Shown: piece by piece, positions 1-9,019 of the stretch
How positions within the stretch are numbered: position 1 is the stretch's first letter
Layout: every line of letters starts with the position of its first letter
IMG/VR virus record: IMGVR_UViG_3300007734_000735
Coordinates: 1-60,849 of that record
Length of the DNA stretch: 60,849 nucleotides
Reading direction: 5' to 3' (one strand)
Source of the DNA: a virus
Taxonomy: Duplodnaviria; Caudoviricetes
The notes under the pieces: model-generated
Told to the model about the DNA's origin: nothing
Database searches by the model: none
What the model saw: only the letters and a program-made list of their open reading frames with translations
Made by a program: the position numbers and the translations under genes

Positions 1-81
1 CCTTTGTTGAAGTATTGACCTTTGCGCTTGAATTGACGAGTTACCGTGTAGGTATCGTCCCAAGCCAAGTAAATCTCAACG
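1..81. repeat. Terminal direct repeat (copy 1), circular-permutation/assembly overlap
   Basis: 1-81 equals 60760-60840 with one mismatch (position 24, G vs T). Confidence 0.95.
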
Positions 82-242
82 CTGTATCCATTTGATACTG
101 GAAGAGTTATTGTGCGAGTTGCTTTGCCATCATTTGTGCGCCACACAACAACGCGACCACCTGAAATGGCAAAAACATTTTGTATGCCGATTTGTTTTAA
201 CAATTCGTCCTCGTTGAAAGGACGGTATTTTTCTTCTGTCAT
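1..242 (-). CDS. Hypothetical early protein, 5' part; continues across the junction to TAA at 60668-60666
   Basis: ATG at 242 after GAGAGGAG RBS; MTEEKYRPF...QYFNK continues in frame as GTVEGVYCE...KVSA* when joined at the repeat. Confidence 0.8.
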   Translation of the reverse strand, partial: MTEEKYRPFNEDELLKQIGIQNVFAISGGRVVVWRTNDGKATRTITLPVSNGYSVEIYLAWDDTYTVTRQFKRKGQYFNK

Positions 243-267
243 TTTGTCTCCTCTCTAAGACAATCTG

Positions 268-287
268 AGTATATCATAACTAGGGTT
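268..287 (-). promoter_or_regulatory. Early promoter: AACCC box plus extended -10
   Basis: AACCCTAGTTATGATATACT on minus strand. Confidence 0.65.
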
Positions 288-600
288 AGTTATTCCTGTT
301 AATCCTGACTTGCGACACAGGAATTCCTTTTTCCTCGGCAAACTTCTTTTTTGCCTTGGCAAGCGCTGAACGCTTTTCTTTAGATTCAGCAGTCAAGATT
401 AAGAAGGCAACAACATTCGCCCACCCTTGAGCCTCTTCCGCAGTTTCAGCGGCGTAAGTAGCCAACCATTCAGCGGCGCCATGTAAGTCTCCGACAGACG
501 GTGCTTGAGGCACTAAACCTTCGTGAAGGAATCTATCGACTGAATCTTGGTCAGAAGTGATTCTGTTTCCCCACTCAAATTCTTTGTAATCAAGACTCAT
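286..600 (-). CDS. Hypothetical protein
   Basis: 104 aa ORF, TAATG-coupled to upstream gene. Confidence 0.75.
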   Translation of the reverse strand: MSLDYKEFEWGNRITSDQDSVDRFLHEGLVPQAPSVGDLHGAAEWLATYAAETAEEAQGWANVVAFLILTAESKEKRSALAKAKKKFAEEKGIPVSQVRINRNN

Positions 601-734
601 TACTTGAACCTCCCTATTTTTAATGCGCTTTGGAATTCCTTCTCAAATTCGACTGCAAAACACTTCACGCAGACTTGTTCAGGAAAGACTTCAAACTGAC
701 CGATAGAAACTCCGCACTTCACGCAGACCTCCAT
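600..734 (-). CDS. Small CxxC...CxxC zinc-ribbon protein
   Basis: MEVCVKCG...CVKC; RBS GAGAGGAG and promoter box upstream. Confidence 0.65.
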   Translation of the reverse strand: MEVCVKCGVSIGQFEVFPEQVCVKCFAVEFEKEFQSALKIGRFK

Positions 735-761
735 GGGGCATCTCCTCTCTCTTACATACCA

Positions 762-780
762 AGTGTACCAAACTGGGGTT
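762..780 (-). promoter_or_regulatory. Early promoter (leftward of divergent pair)
   Basis: AACCCCAGTTTGGTACACT. Confidence 0.65.
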
Positions 781-877
781 GTAAAAGCCAATCCGTGATT
801 AGGCTCAAACCCGTGTCAAATTGTGGCGTGTCGGGTCAGAGTTGAGCGGGGCTGGCTCAAGTTTGGAGGTATTACCA

Positions 878-896
878 AACCCCCATTTGGTATAAT
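878..896 (+). promoter_or_regulatory. Early promoter (rightward of divergent pair)
   Basis: AACCCCCATTTGGTATAAT. Confidence 0.7.
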
Positions 897-919
897 TGGT
901 AATGAGAGAGAGGAAACCC

Positions 920-1441
920 ATGGCGGGTACAAAACCTAGAGACAGTCAGAAACAACGCCTATACGATGCTCAGAGGCTCGCTGGCTTCTATGACACGGGC
1001 GAAGTCATGACAATCAAACAGGCGCAGAAATTCGTAAATCAAGTTTTATCACATAAGAAAACTAAGAAACTCTTTGAACAGTACAGATTCCAGTTCAGTA
1101 CATTCCCATCAAAAATAGTGGTCGAGGCTGGTAGCGGAAACCATGCCACGATGAGAAGTCGAAACTGGGAATTGGTTCGACTAATCCGATTGACCAAGGC
1201 TGGTCGAAATAAATTCATCATCCTTCATGAGATTGCCCATCACATAACTTGGGGACGAGAATCCCATGGAGCAGAATTCGCCGATGTCTTACTTCAATTC
1301 ACTACGAGGTATCTCGGGAAGCCCAATGCTGACAGACTGGCAAACGCCTTCAATGTAAAGAGAGTTCGAGTAATGACTAAGACCAAGAAAGCGAGAGTGC
1401 CACGAAAGCGAGAAATTACATCCGCTAAACTTGTGGCATGA
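920..1441 (+). CDS. Zincin (SprT-like) metallopeptidase-family protein
   Basis: ILHEIAHH...HGAEF motif; ATG 920 after GAGAGGA RBS. Confidence 0.7.
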   Translation: MAGTKPRDSQKQRLYDAQRLAGFYDTGEVMTIKQAQKFVNQVLSHKKTKKLFEQYRFQFSTFPSKIVVEAGSGNHATMRSRNWELVRLIRLTKAGRNKFIILHEIAHHITWGRESHGAEFADVLLQFTTRYLGKPNADRLANAFNVKRVRVMTKTKKARVPRKREITSAKLVA

Positions 1442-1734
1442 AAAAAGTCCGAGACATCTTGAGCCGTATGGTCGCGGTTTTTACTGTCGGCGCTCTAGGA
1501 ACTCTAGGTGCTGGTGCTGTCTTTGGTGTCGATGAGATTATCGCTTTATCAATGGCTGGATTGCTGGCAGTTGCTTCAGTCGCAGAAAGATTAGCCCGCG
1601 AATATCTTGATGACGGAAAATTAACTATTGAAGAAATCAACGATGCTTTTAATCCACTAAGCAAAAATCAAGATTATCTTTCTAGTCCTTCGAGCGACGA
1701 AGAGGGTAAGTCAAAACCCAAACGCCAAAAGTAA
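1438..1734 (+). CDS. Small membrane protein with EF-hand-like DDGKLTIEEI
   Basis: Two hydrophobic segments; ATGA overlap with upstream gene. Confidence 0.7.
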   Translation: MKKVRDILSRMVAVFTVGALGTLGAGAVFGVDEIIALSMAGLLAVASVAERLAREYLDDGKLTIEEINDAFNPLSKNQDYLSSPSSDEEGKSKPKRQK

Positions 1735-1849
1735 TTAGGATTGCATAGCCAACGATATTTTTAGCAACACCATCAACAAGAATCCAAGCAACAAACATTC
1801 CAAGCATTGTCCATATCTGTCCAATGATGTCATTCAAAAAGTTTTTCAA
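1682..1849 (-). CDS. 55 aa two-TM membrane protein (not in ORF track)
   Basis: AGGAG RBS, TTG overlapping stop of 1846..4128; MKNFLNDIIGQIWTMLGMFVAWILVDG...YPLRRSKD. Confidence 0.65.
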   Translation of the reverse strand: MKNFLNDIIGQIWTMLGMFVAWILVDGVAKNIVGYAILITFGVWVLTYPLRRSKD

Positions 1850-4128
1850 TTTGGTCTCCTATATCCAATACCACCGATAGCAGTAGCAATTGTAGTCGTA
1901 GCGATATTGCCAACGATTGTCGCGGCAATAACTGTTTTACTTGCTTCTTCGCGTTCTTCAGGAGACATGTCTGCTCCAAGGTTTCCAATAGCGAAGAGCA
2001 ATTGTGCGGGGCTTTCAAAGATGGCTGAAACAATATCTGTCACCGAGGTGAGCAGTTCTAAAGCGACAGCGACTTCGGCTGTAATAACAACCTCATTGCC
2101 ATTCTCATCTTGGCGAACTTCAACAGGTTGCTCGGCAGGTAAATCCTTTAGCGTGATTCCCGCTTCGGCGATTGATTCAACAGTTACGGCTTCACCGTTT
2201 GCTGATTCAATAAGCACATCTGCAACAAACTCTCTCTCAGCGGAAGTAAACTTTCCATCAGATGCAAGAGTCTCTGAAAGATTATTGACCTCGGCTTGAG
2301 TTATCTTGCCATCAGCCTTAAGGACAGAGACGACAAGATTTTGCTCGGCTGTGTTAAGGGAACCACTCTCGCTCAAAGTCTCAATCAAGGCTGTTGCCTC
2401 GGCTTGAGTTACTTTGCCATCTTCCATCAATGAATCAACTACCGCTTCAACATCAGCGGGTGTAATCTTTCCATCTTGAGTAATGTCATTTACTAATTCG
2501 GAGGTTTCAGATGATTCTGTGGACGGACTTTCTTGCTCTTGGTTTACTGGGGCTGGTTCTAGTGGGTTTTCGGCTGGTGGCTCCTCCGCAGGGGCTTCCT
2601 CCGAAGGTGGCTCGATTGGTTCGGGCGTTAGAGGTTCTACTGGTTCTTCTACTGGTGGTAATGGTTCTAATGGTGCGGGGTCAATAGGTGGTAGTGGTTC
2701 GGGTGTGGGACTTGTCGGGTCAATTTCCGCTGGGGGTGCAACGGGTTCAGGTGCAGGTTCTTCAACGGGCGGAGCAGTTGGCTCAGGCTCGGGGAGCGGT
2801 ACAGGTTCAGGGGCAGGTTCGATTGGCGTTACAGGATTTGGATTTGGCTCAGGTTGAGGAATCGGATTCGGTGTGGGTTCAGGAACAGGAACGGGCTGTG
2901 GTTGAGGCAAAGGGATGGGTTGAGGCTGTGGCACGGGAGTCGGCTCTACCGCTGGGGTATCGACTGGATTCGGAAGAGGGGTTGGTACGGGATTTGGTAC
3001 AGGTGACGGAATTGGAGTTGGGGTAGGTGATGGCTCTTGGGTTGGCTGTGGCGTTGGCGCTATTGGCGCTGTTGTACTGGTATCAGGTGAAGGAGTAGGC
3101 GATGGGACAGGTGTGGGTTCAGGTGTGGACGGCGCAGGTGTTGGGGTCGGTTGAGGTTGAGCAGTCGGAGTTACAGAAGGTTGCGGGCTTGGAGTCGGTG
3201 AAGGCGATGGTTCCGATGTTGGTTGAGGTGAAGGACTCGGTTGAGGTTGAGGCTCTGAGGTCGGCGCTGGTGTGGGAGAAGGTGAAGGTGCAACAGTTGG
3301 AGTCGGTGTTGCACTCGCAGACGGTGACGGCGAAGGAGAAGGTTCAGATGTCGGAGATGGAGAAGGAGTTGGCTCTATCGAAGGGCTGGGGCTGGGTGCT
3401 GGGGTCGGCTCAACAATCGCCTGAGCAGTTACAACAGGAGCAACATAAACTCGAGTAAGACCCGCTTCTGCCAAAGTAACTACACGACCATCAGGTAAGC
3501 GAACGCCTGTTCGAGTATTCAATCCCGCTTGAACATCTGAAAGATAAGTAATTGTTAAAGTGCTGTCAGGATTTATTGATGCAGTAACAACAATTGTTGA
3601 TAGAGGATTGGCTGAAGCATTTTGTCCATAAGGACGAACGGCTAAATCAACTTGGAATCCCGCTTGGCTTGAACTAATAATCAAATGCTCATCAGGCGCT
3701 CTCCATCCAACAGGATAAGAATTTGATGGATTTGGATTATTAGGATTTAGAACTACCCAGTCATAAGCATTGACGGAAATTGAAGGCGTATTGGGATAAT
3801 TGCTGAAATTATTATCCATCTGACCAAAAACAATTGTTGAGTTTGTAGTTGCATAGACAGCGTTGTAAGTAGTGCCTTGAAAATTCACCGCTGTTGGCAA
3901 TGCCACTTGGTAAGAGACATCATCGCCTCCGCAGGTATCTTGGACGATTACTGGGGTTGAGGTCGTGGGCGCAGTTCCCGATTCTGAAGGCGCCAAGACA
4001 GTTGCCGCGCTAGAGGCTGTAGCCACGGATTGAGCCGTAGTCACGCATGAGGCTGAGGCTGAGTCGGTAGGTAAAACTGTCCACCAAAAGATGAGTAGGC
4101 AGACCGTGATTATGCGGAAAAAGCGCAA
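1846..4128 (-). CDS. Exported/surface protein: signal peptide, beta-rich domain, long Pro-Ser/Thr/Glu linker, DGK(I/V/F)T repeats, C-terminal hydrophobic segment
   Basis: 760 aa ORF composition. Confidence 0.75.
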   Translation of the reverse strand: MRFFRIITVCLLIFWWTVLPTDSASASCVTTAQSVATASSAATVLAPSESGTAPTTSTPVIVQDTCGGDDVSYQVALPTAVNFQGTTYNAVYATTNSTIVFGQMDNNFSNYPNTPSISVNAYDWVVLNPNNPNPSNSYPVGWRAPDEHLIISSSQAGFQVDLAVRPYGQNASANPLSTIVVTASINPDSTLTITYLSDVQAGLNTRTGVRLPDGRVVTLAEAGLTRVYVAPVVTAQAIVEPTPAPSPSPSIEPTPSPSPTSEPSPSPSPSASATPTPTVAPSPSPTPAPTSEPQPQPSPSPQPTSEPSPSPTPSPQPSVTPTAQPQPTPTPAPSTPEPTPVPSPTPSPDTSTTAPIAPTPQPTQEPSPTPTPIPSPVPNPVPTPLPNPVDTPAVEPTPVPQPQPIPLPQPQPVPVPEPTPNPIPQPEPNPNPVTPIEPAPEPVPLPEPEPTAPPVEEPAPEPVAPPAEIDPTSPTPEPLPPIDPAPLEPLPPVEEPVEPLTPEPIEPPSEEAPAEEPPAENPLEPAPVNQEQESPSTESSETSELVNDITQDGKITPADVEAVVDSLMEDGKVTQAEATALIETLSESGSLNTAEQNLVVSVLKADGKITQAEVNNLSETLASDGKFTSAEREFVADVLIESANGEAVTVESIAEAGITLKDLPAEQPVEVRQDENGNEVVITAEVAVALELLTSVTDIVSAIFESPAQLLFAIGNLGADMSPEEREEASKTVIAATIVGNIATTTIATAIGGIGYRRPN

Positions 4129-4229
4129 TTTCGACCCTTTGAACGAGGGTCACTAAGGACACGACAGGCTCTTATTGTACCTTGAGCCATAATCATGCTA
4201 AACTGGGGTTGTAAATGAGAGGAGACCCA

Positions 4230-5078
4230 ATGAGCGTGACCAAAGAGTTCGCAGTCAAGATTGATACAGAGTTATCATCTTGGTATAACAAGCGTTGGGA
4301 TTTAGTCAGCAAGTTAGAGAGTGCTGAAGATACAAAGAAGTTTTATGAAAAGCATTATCCAACGAGAGTTGAAGAAATCAATAAGGCTATTGAGAAGATT
4401 GCTGAAATCGAATTAGAAATCAGCGCGGTCAATATCGAGATTTCAAAGTTAAACAAGATTTACAACCAAGACCCATGGACAAGAGCCTTTTTAGTAATCA
4501 ACAGCAACGGTCATGTTCACAGTTCAATGGATTGCAACACATGCTTCCCAACTACTCGCTATAACTGGTTAGTCCAGTACAGCAACGACGATGAAAAAAC
4601 TATTGTTGAGGATGCGGGTCAGGATGCTTGCACAATCTGCTATCCATCTGCTCCAGCCGATGTCTTGAACCGTCCATCACGAATTGTCACAGCGGACAAG
4701 ATTGCTAAGGCTCAAGCCAAGGCTGAGAGAGATGCAAAGAAGGCAGAGCGAATTGCGAAGGAAAAGGCAAACGCTCCAACAGCATCAGGTGAGTTCTTGA
4801 CTTACAAAGAGGGCAAGTACACAAGAGTTATTAAGACAGAGCGCACAGCCATTATCGAGTGGGCTGGATTGCAATGGACAATCAATCAAAAGATTGTCAC
4901 TCATTACTTCGATGGACACCCACACAACAAAGAATCAATCAGGGTTCAGAAAGAAAAAATCATCGAGGCTCAAAAGATTGCTGACCTGATTGTAAGAAAT
5001 CTTGCAGAAAAGAACGGCGTTTCATTTGACCAACAGTTGAAAATACTGAATAATAAGTATAAGAAAAGGGGGTACTAA
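4230..5078 (+). CDS. Hypothetical protein with H/C metal-binding motifs
   Basis: GHVHSSMDCNTC...ACTICYP; ATG 4230 after GAGAGGAG. Confidence 0.75.
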   Translation: MSVTKEFAVKIDTELSSWYNKRWDLVSKLESAEDTKKFYEKHYPTRVEEINKAIEKIAEIELEISAVNIEISKLNKIYNQDPWTRAFLVINSNGHVHSSMDCNTCFPTTRYNWLVQYSNDDEKTIVEDAGQDACTICYPSAPADVLNRPSRIVTADKIAKAQAKAERDAKKAERIAKEKANAPTASGEFLTYKEGKYTRVIKTERTAIIEWAGLQWTINQKIVTHYFDGHPHNKESIRVQKEKIIEAQKIADLIVRNLAEKNGVSFDQQLKILNNKYKKRGY

Positions 5079-5728
5079 TGAACCAAGTCGAAACATTGCT
5101 TGCTGAGTTAAAAGAAGGCATGACTGTTCCTTTGAATCCTGATTTAGAGCCTTATATTGAAGATGGAGCCATAGGTCGCCAGTTGCGCCACCCGCTTGTT
5201 TATCAAGTGCCGTTATGGAGCAATGGTCATGCCAATGCTTTGTACGAACAAAAAATCAAAGCGGTCAAAGATGCCTTAGCAAATGAAAAATACTCCAGTT
5301 ATATTTTCTTGCATGAGCGTCCATATCGCCTTAATGCTTTTACTTTGATTCAAAGCAAGTTATCCGATACCCAGTATTGGTCTTTGCTATCTGATATATG
5401 GACAGATACAGAAAACCAATGGCAAGGTCTCGATAATTGGAAGCAGTTGCTTTCATCAAATCGCCCAAGCCGTCATTACTTAATGAATGAAGAAGAATTC
5501 AATCTTCTGCAATCTTTGCCCGAGAATGTGGTCATCTATCGTGGATGCCAGCCAAAGGTAAATGAAAATGGTTTGTCTTGGACTTTGAATAAAAAGAAAG
5601 CAGAATTCTTTGCTAATCGATTTGGCAAAGAGGGAATCATCTTGGAGAGGACGATTTCTAAGAATGACATCGTGGCAGTTCTTTTAGGTCGCGGTGAATC
5701 CGAGGTTATATGGGAGGAAAAGAAATGA
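5078..5728 (+). CDS. Putative ADP-ribosyltransferase-fold protein (R-S-E type)
   Basis: IYRG...GLSWT...GESEVI motifs in ART order. Confidence 0.5.
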   Translation: MNQVETLLAELKEGMTVPLNPDLEPYIEDGAIGRQLRHPLVYQVPLWSNGHANALYEQKIKAVKDALANEKYSSYIFLHERPYRLNAFTLIQSKLSDTQYWSLLSDIWTDTENQWQGLDNWKQLLSSNRPSRHYLMNEEEFNLLQSLPENVVIYRGCQPKVNENGLSWTLNKKKAEFFANRFGKEGIILERTISKNDIVAVLLGRGESEVIWEEKK

Positions 5729-5862
5729 AGTGTTATACCTGCGGTAGTGAATTAAGACTGACAATGGTTAAAGGAAAAACATATTGCTTCAGATGCGAGG
5801 TTGATGCTTCCATGGAGCAGTACGGAATAATTAGACAAACCAAAGAGAGGAGCGCATCATGA
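5725..5862 (+). CDS. Small zinc-ribbon protein
   Basis: MKCYTCG...YCFRC; ATGA overlaps on both sides. Confidence 0.65.
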   Translation: MKCYTCGSELRLTMVKGKTYCFRCEVDASMEQYGIIRQTKERSAS

Positions 5863-6008
5863 TAGAGAAGCGATTAGCAAGAAAAGGAATCCGCCTGACC
5901 GCTAAGGGACGACGCTGGGCAGACAATTTTGAGGGCGCTGTGATAGCGCTGGCAATTGTGGCTATATTCGGCATTGTGGGGTCAATAGAGACAGGGCGGT
6001 GGTTGTAG
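5859..6008 (+). CDS. Small membrane protein
   Basis: RBS GAGAGGAG; C-terminal hydrophobic helix. Confidence 0.6.
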   Translation: MIEKRLARKGIRLTAKGRRWADNFEGAVIALAIVAIFGIVGSIETGRWL

Positions 6009-6160
6009 TGATACTTCCACCATGGTTAAGACGCAAACAGGCTCTACGAGTCTCTGAAGCCTCCCTTGCCCGCATACGCGCCCGCGAGCGCGAGCGCCTT
6101 CTATCTGAGGAAGCCGACAAACGACACGCTCAAAAGAAGTTGAATAACCAACCCAAGTAG
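6008..6160 (+). CDS. Small basic hypothetical protein
   Basis: GTG start coupled to upstream TAG; 50 aa. Confidence 0.45.
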   Translation: MILPPWLRRKQALRVSEASLARIRARERERLLSEEADKRHAQKKLNNQPK

Positions 6161-6168
6161 GATATACT
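6150..6168 (+). promoter_or_regulatory. Early promoter
   Basis: AACCCAAGTAGGATATACT. Confidence 0.65.
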
Positions 6169-6196
6169 GGTCTTGTAAGCGAGAGAGAGGCTCACG

Positions 6197-6415
6197 ATGA
6201 AAAAACAAGAAATCAAAGTTGGTGGGATTTACAACCTCAAGTATTACAAGACATACACAGTTCCAGTAAGGGTTGTCAAAATTGGAACCTACAAGGCAAT
6301 AATCGAATATGTAGACAAAGAAACCTTCGAAGTAAAGCCTGTTCCAAATCCAGCAGTATTTGGAGCGGTTACAGAAGCCGTTCCTTTTAACCAAATCCTT
6401 ACAGAATATGCTTGA
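6197..6415 (+). CDS. Hypothetical early protein
   Basis: Own promoter box and GAGAGAGG RBS. Confidence 0.75.
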   Translation: MKKQEIKVGGIYNLKYYKTYTVPVRVVKIGTYKAIIEYVDKETFEVKPVPNPAVFGAVTEAVPFNQILTEYA

Positions 6416-6421
6416 TTATTA

Positions 6422-6440
6422 AACCCCAGTAGGGTATACT
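6422..6440 (+). promoter_or_regulatory. Early promoter
   Basis: AACCCCAGTAGGGTATACT. Confidence 0.7.
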
Positions 6441-6469
6441 GGTTATACAAGGTCGAGAGAGGACTGAAA

Positions 6470-6640
6470 ATGACTAAATTCGCCGTCAAATATGAAATCG
6501 AAGTTATCGTCGAAGCGCCTATTGCAAATTGGGCGTCTCAAAAAGTAACCGCACAATTCAATAAGTTCGATTACAGCAATTTTGATTCTGTAACTTCTTT
6601 CAAAAAAATCTCAACAACTGAAGTCAAGGAGGAAATCTAA
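6470..6640 (+). CDS. Hypothetical early protein (56 aa, not in ORF track)
   Basis: Promoter box 6422-6440, RBS GAGAGGA, MTKFAVKYEIEV... Confidence 0.7.
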   Translation: MTKFAVKYEIEVIVEAPIANWASQKVTAQFNKFDYSNFDSVTSFKKISTTEVKEEI

Positions 6641-6898
6641 ATGACTCAAAAAATAATCATCAAGGCGACAAACATCGCTCCTTACGGCAAGGGCTGGCAG
6701 ATTAACGCGTTCGTAAATGGCGTTGAGACTGAAGCAACTTGGTATGGAGTTGGTAAGGAATATGCGATTGGTCAAGCAAAAGCAACAATTGAAACCTATG
6801 GAAAATTAAACAACGAGCCATACAAGGCTGAGGATGCAATCTTTACCGAGGCTCAAAGACAAAAAGTATTGGCTCAATTCGAAAAGGTGGGTGCATAA
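6641..6898 (+). CDS. Hypothetical protein
   Basis: GGAGG RBS, abuts neighbours. Confidence 0.75.
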   Translation: MTQKIIIKATNIAPYGKGWQINAFVNGVETEATWYGVGKEYAIGQAKATIETYGKLNNEPYKAEDAIFTEAQRQKVLAQFEKVGA

Positions 6899-7312
6899 AT
6901 GACAACAGCAGTTAAAACAAAGAGCGCTTACGACATTCTTATCGAGGCATCAGAAGCCGCTGAAGTGGCAGTCAAGGCTTGCCGACCAACACCAATCATT
7001 GTTGGTTCTCCATCAACACCGCTTAGCAATGATGTAGACCCAAGCCAGCAAACTTGGTTTGTTGAAGGCGGGGTTTGCGGATTCGCTTCCGTGGTTATCA
7101 AACCAGCGCGAGGAACAATTGTTGCTGAATTAAAAAAGCGCAAGATTGGTCGCGCTCACTATGGTGGAGGATATTCCTTCAGTTCGTGGCAACTAGCACC
7201 AAGCATCCGTCAAGACCAAAGTTACGAAAGAGCAGTTGCCGCCGCTAGGGGAGCGGTAGAGGTTCTTAAAAAGTACGGCGTCAATGCTTATGTAGATGCA
7301 AGAATTGACTAA
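6899..7312 (+). CDS. Hypothetical protein
   Basis: 137 aa, GGVCGFA motif, followed by hairpin. Confidence 0.75.
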   Translation: MTTAVKTKSAYDILIEASEAAEVAVKACRPTPIIVGSPSTPLSNDVDPSQQTWFVEGGVCGFASVVIKPARGTIVAELKKRKIGRAHYGGGYSFSSWQLAPSIRQDQSYERAVAAARGAVEVLKKYGVNAYVDARID

Positions 7313-7324
7313 GTAACAAAAAAA

Positions 7325-7364
7325 ATTCACCCGCCAGTCTTATACCTTTCGCTGGCGGGTGAAT
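7325..7364. terminator. Hairpin, probable terminator
   Basis: ATTCACCCGCCAG / CTGGCGGGTGAAT 13-bp inverted repeat with A-tract on 5' side. Confidence 0.65.
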
Positions 7365-7644
7365 CTGTAAGCAATGAGGTACCATTCCTATCGGGTACCC
7401 AAAGTTCGGTGGCGTTGATGCTTTGTTGCGCGTCCGTCCTCTCTCTAGCGTGACTTATCTGCTCCGCCACCGAACGCCCAACTCCAGTTAAAAATACCCT
7501 TGACAACCATTCATCTGAATCTGATACCTTTAATGCAGGTTCGCAAAACACCTACACCTCAAAAGCGAGGTCGGTCAGATACCGACAACATTGAAGCGCT
7601 ACATCCAGTAGTGACAAAGAGTTCGCTCCGAACTATGGAGGATT

Positions 7645-8097
7645 ATGCGATTCTATGAAAAAGTTATTTCCAAACCGATTCCAGTTGCGATTCTCGTATT
7701 GGGATTCATTCTCGTAAATCCGTTTCACATTCCGCCTGACCCAGTTGCTCAAGCGGTTGAAGTGGAAGCGCCCGTATTAGTCGAGCGCACACCTGAAGCA
7801 TCAAAGGTCTATGCCAAAACTCAATTGTCTAAATTCGGTTGGGACAATCCTACTCAATGGGAATGTTTGCTCTCGCTGTGGACAAAGGAATCAAATTGGC
7901 GTCCCGATGCTTACAATAAAACACCCGTTTACCAAAACGGTGAGAAACTTCATGCTGGGGGTATTCCTCAGATTTTAGGGCTTGACCCTGACACCACAGT
8001 TGAACGACAAATTAAACGAGGATTGATTTATCTCGAATCTCGTTACGGCTCACCATGCTCGGCGTGGCGCTTTTGGAGTTCAAACTTTTGGTACTAG
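7645..8097 (+). CDS. Membrane-anchored lytic transglycosylase (SLT/lysozyme-like)
   Basis: N-terminal TM; WTKESNW catalytic Glu, GIPQ, YLESRYGSPCSAW. Confidence 0.8.
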   Translation: MRFYEKVISKPIPVAILVLGFILVNPFHIPPDPVAQAVEVEAPVLVERTPEASKVYAKTQLSKFGWDNPTQWECLLSLWTKESNWRPDAYNKTPVYQNGEKLHAGGIPQILGLDPDTTVERQIKRGLIYLESRYGSPCSAWRFWSSNFWY

Positions 8098-8106
8098 CCT
8101 CGCCAC

Positions 8107-8376
8107 ATGGGTGAGGAAAACAAGAAACCTTCATTGATTGACGATGCGCTCGCCGAAATCGGGCGCATCGCCTTTCTTGACCCTTCAATCTGTACGGGCT
8201 GGGTTCTAGTCTCAGAGTGGATGGGCGAAGGAAGAAAAGAGTATTGGACACTCACACTTGCCGATGATGATAACCCTGACTGGCGACATAAAGGATTAGT
8301 TCATCACGCTCTAGCAACATGGGAGGCAGATGATGACATTGGATTCAAAGACAATTCTGACAAACCAAAAGATTGA
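8107..8376 (+). CDS. Hypothetical protein
   Basis: 89 aa ORF in operon. Confidence 0.7.
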   Translation: MGEENKKPSLIDDALAEIGRIAFLDPSICTGWVLVSEWMGEGRKEYWTLTLADDDNPDWRHKGLVHHALATWEADDDIGFKDNSDKPKD

Positions 8377-8470
8377 GCAAGACCGAAAAAACCTTTTGAA
8401 GAAACTGCTTGAAGAGCGCTATGGAATCTCGACACGCGAAAGCAATGAATCAGCCGAATCCAGTAAATAG
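8330..8470 (+). CDS. Small hypothetical protein
   Basis: GGGAGG RBS; 46 aa; fills the gap. Confidence 0.45.
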   Translation: MMTLDSKTILTNQKIEQDRKNLLKKLLEERYGISTRESNESAESSK

Positions 8471-8487
8471 TCTGTCACAATTACAAC

Positions 8488-8865
8488 ATGGGTTTAAGTT
8501 CTTTTGTTGATGAGGCTCCGTGCCGTAACTCTGACCCATGGCTTTTTGACCAATATCACATTGATTTAGCAATGCCCGCTTTACAAACATGCAAAGGCTG
8601 TCCTTTTTGGCAAAACTGTAACGATTTAGTTGAGCCTCAGAGTAATTTCTTTGATGGAGTTTGTGCTGGCAAAGTATGGCGCAATGGTCGCGTTTTGGCT
8701 AAGTTAGATTCTGCTTTCCCAAACCGTTTGATAGTTGGAGAGGAATTAGATGAAGAAGCCATGGCAGTTCGAGGGAGCGAGTTGCTCGGGAGTGGATACG
8801 GATTATTACTTCCCCGAGAAGAACAAAATCAGCCAAGAGAATTTATTAGCGAAGAAGATTTGTAG
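8488..8865 (+). CDS. WhiB-like Fe-S protein (divergent)
   Basis: C-x3-DP...CKGCP...C...GVCAG. Confidence 0.65.
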   Translation: MGLSSFVDEAPCRNSDPWLFDQYHIDLAMPALQTCKGCPFWQNCNDLVEPQSNFFDGVCAGKVWRNGRVLAKLDSAFPNRLIVGEELDEEAMAVRGSELLGSGYGLLLPREEQNQPREFISEEDL

Positions 8866-9019
8866 CACTTGCGTATGGAAATCAGAATGTCTGACCTATG
8901 CGCTACATTTCAAAGTGCTTGGTATTTGGGGTGGAACAACCTTAAAACAAAGAGATGCAATAAGAAAAAAACTAAACATAATAGCCAAACCAATGACTAA
9001 CGAGAGGCATGTAGCATGA
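8750..9019 (+). CDS. whiB: WhiB family transcription factor
   Basis: C...YYFP...CSTC...C...GIWGG motif. Confidence 0.9.
   Translation: MKKPWQFEGASCSGVDTDYYFPEKNKISQENLLAKKICSTCVWKSECLTYALHFKVLGIWGGTTLKQRDAIRKKLNIIAKPMTNERHVA

Noticed and set aside
1907-3458. Plus-strand Gly/Ser/Val-rich ORFs
   Set aside because: Antisense shadows of the Pro-rich 1846..4128 gene
7380-7500. Possible tRNA
   Set aside because: GTTCG is present but no cloverleaf with D/anticodon arms could be built
7536-7644. c-di-AMP (ydaO) riboswitch
   Set aside because: Consensus elements not found; kept only as an unassigned structured leader
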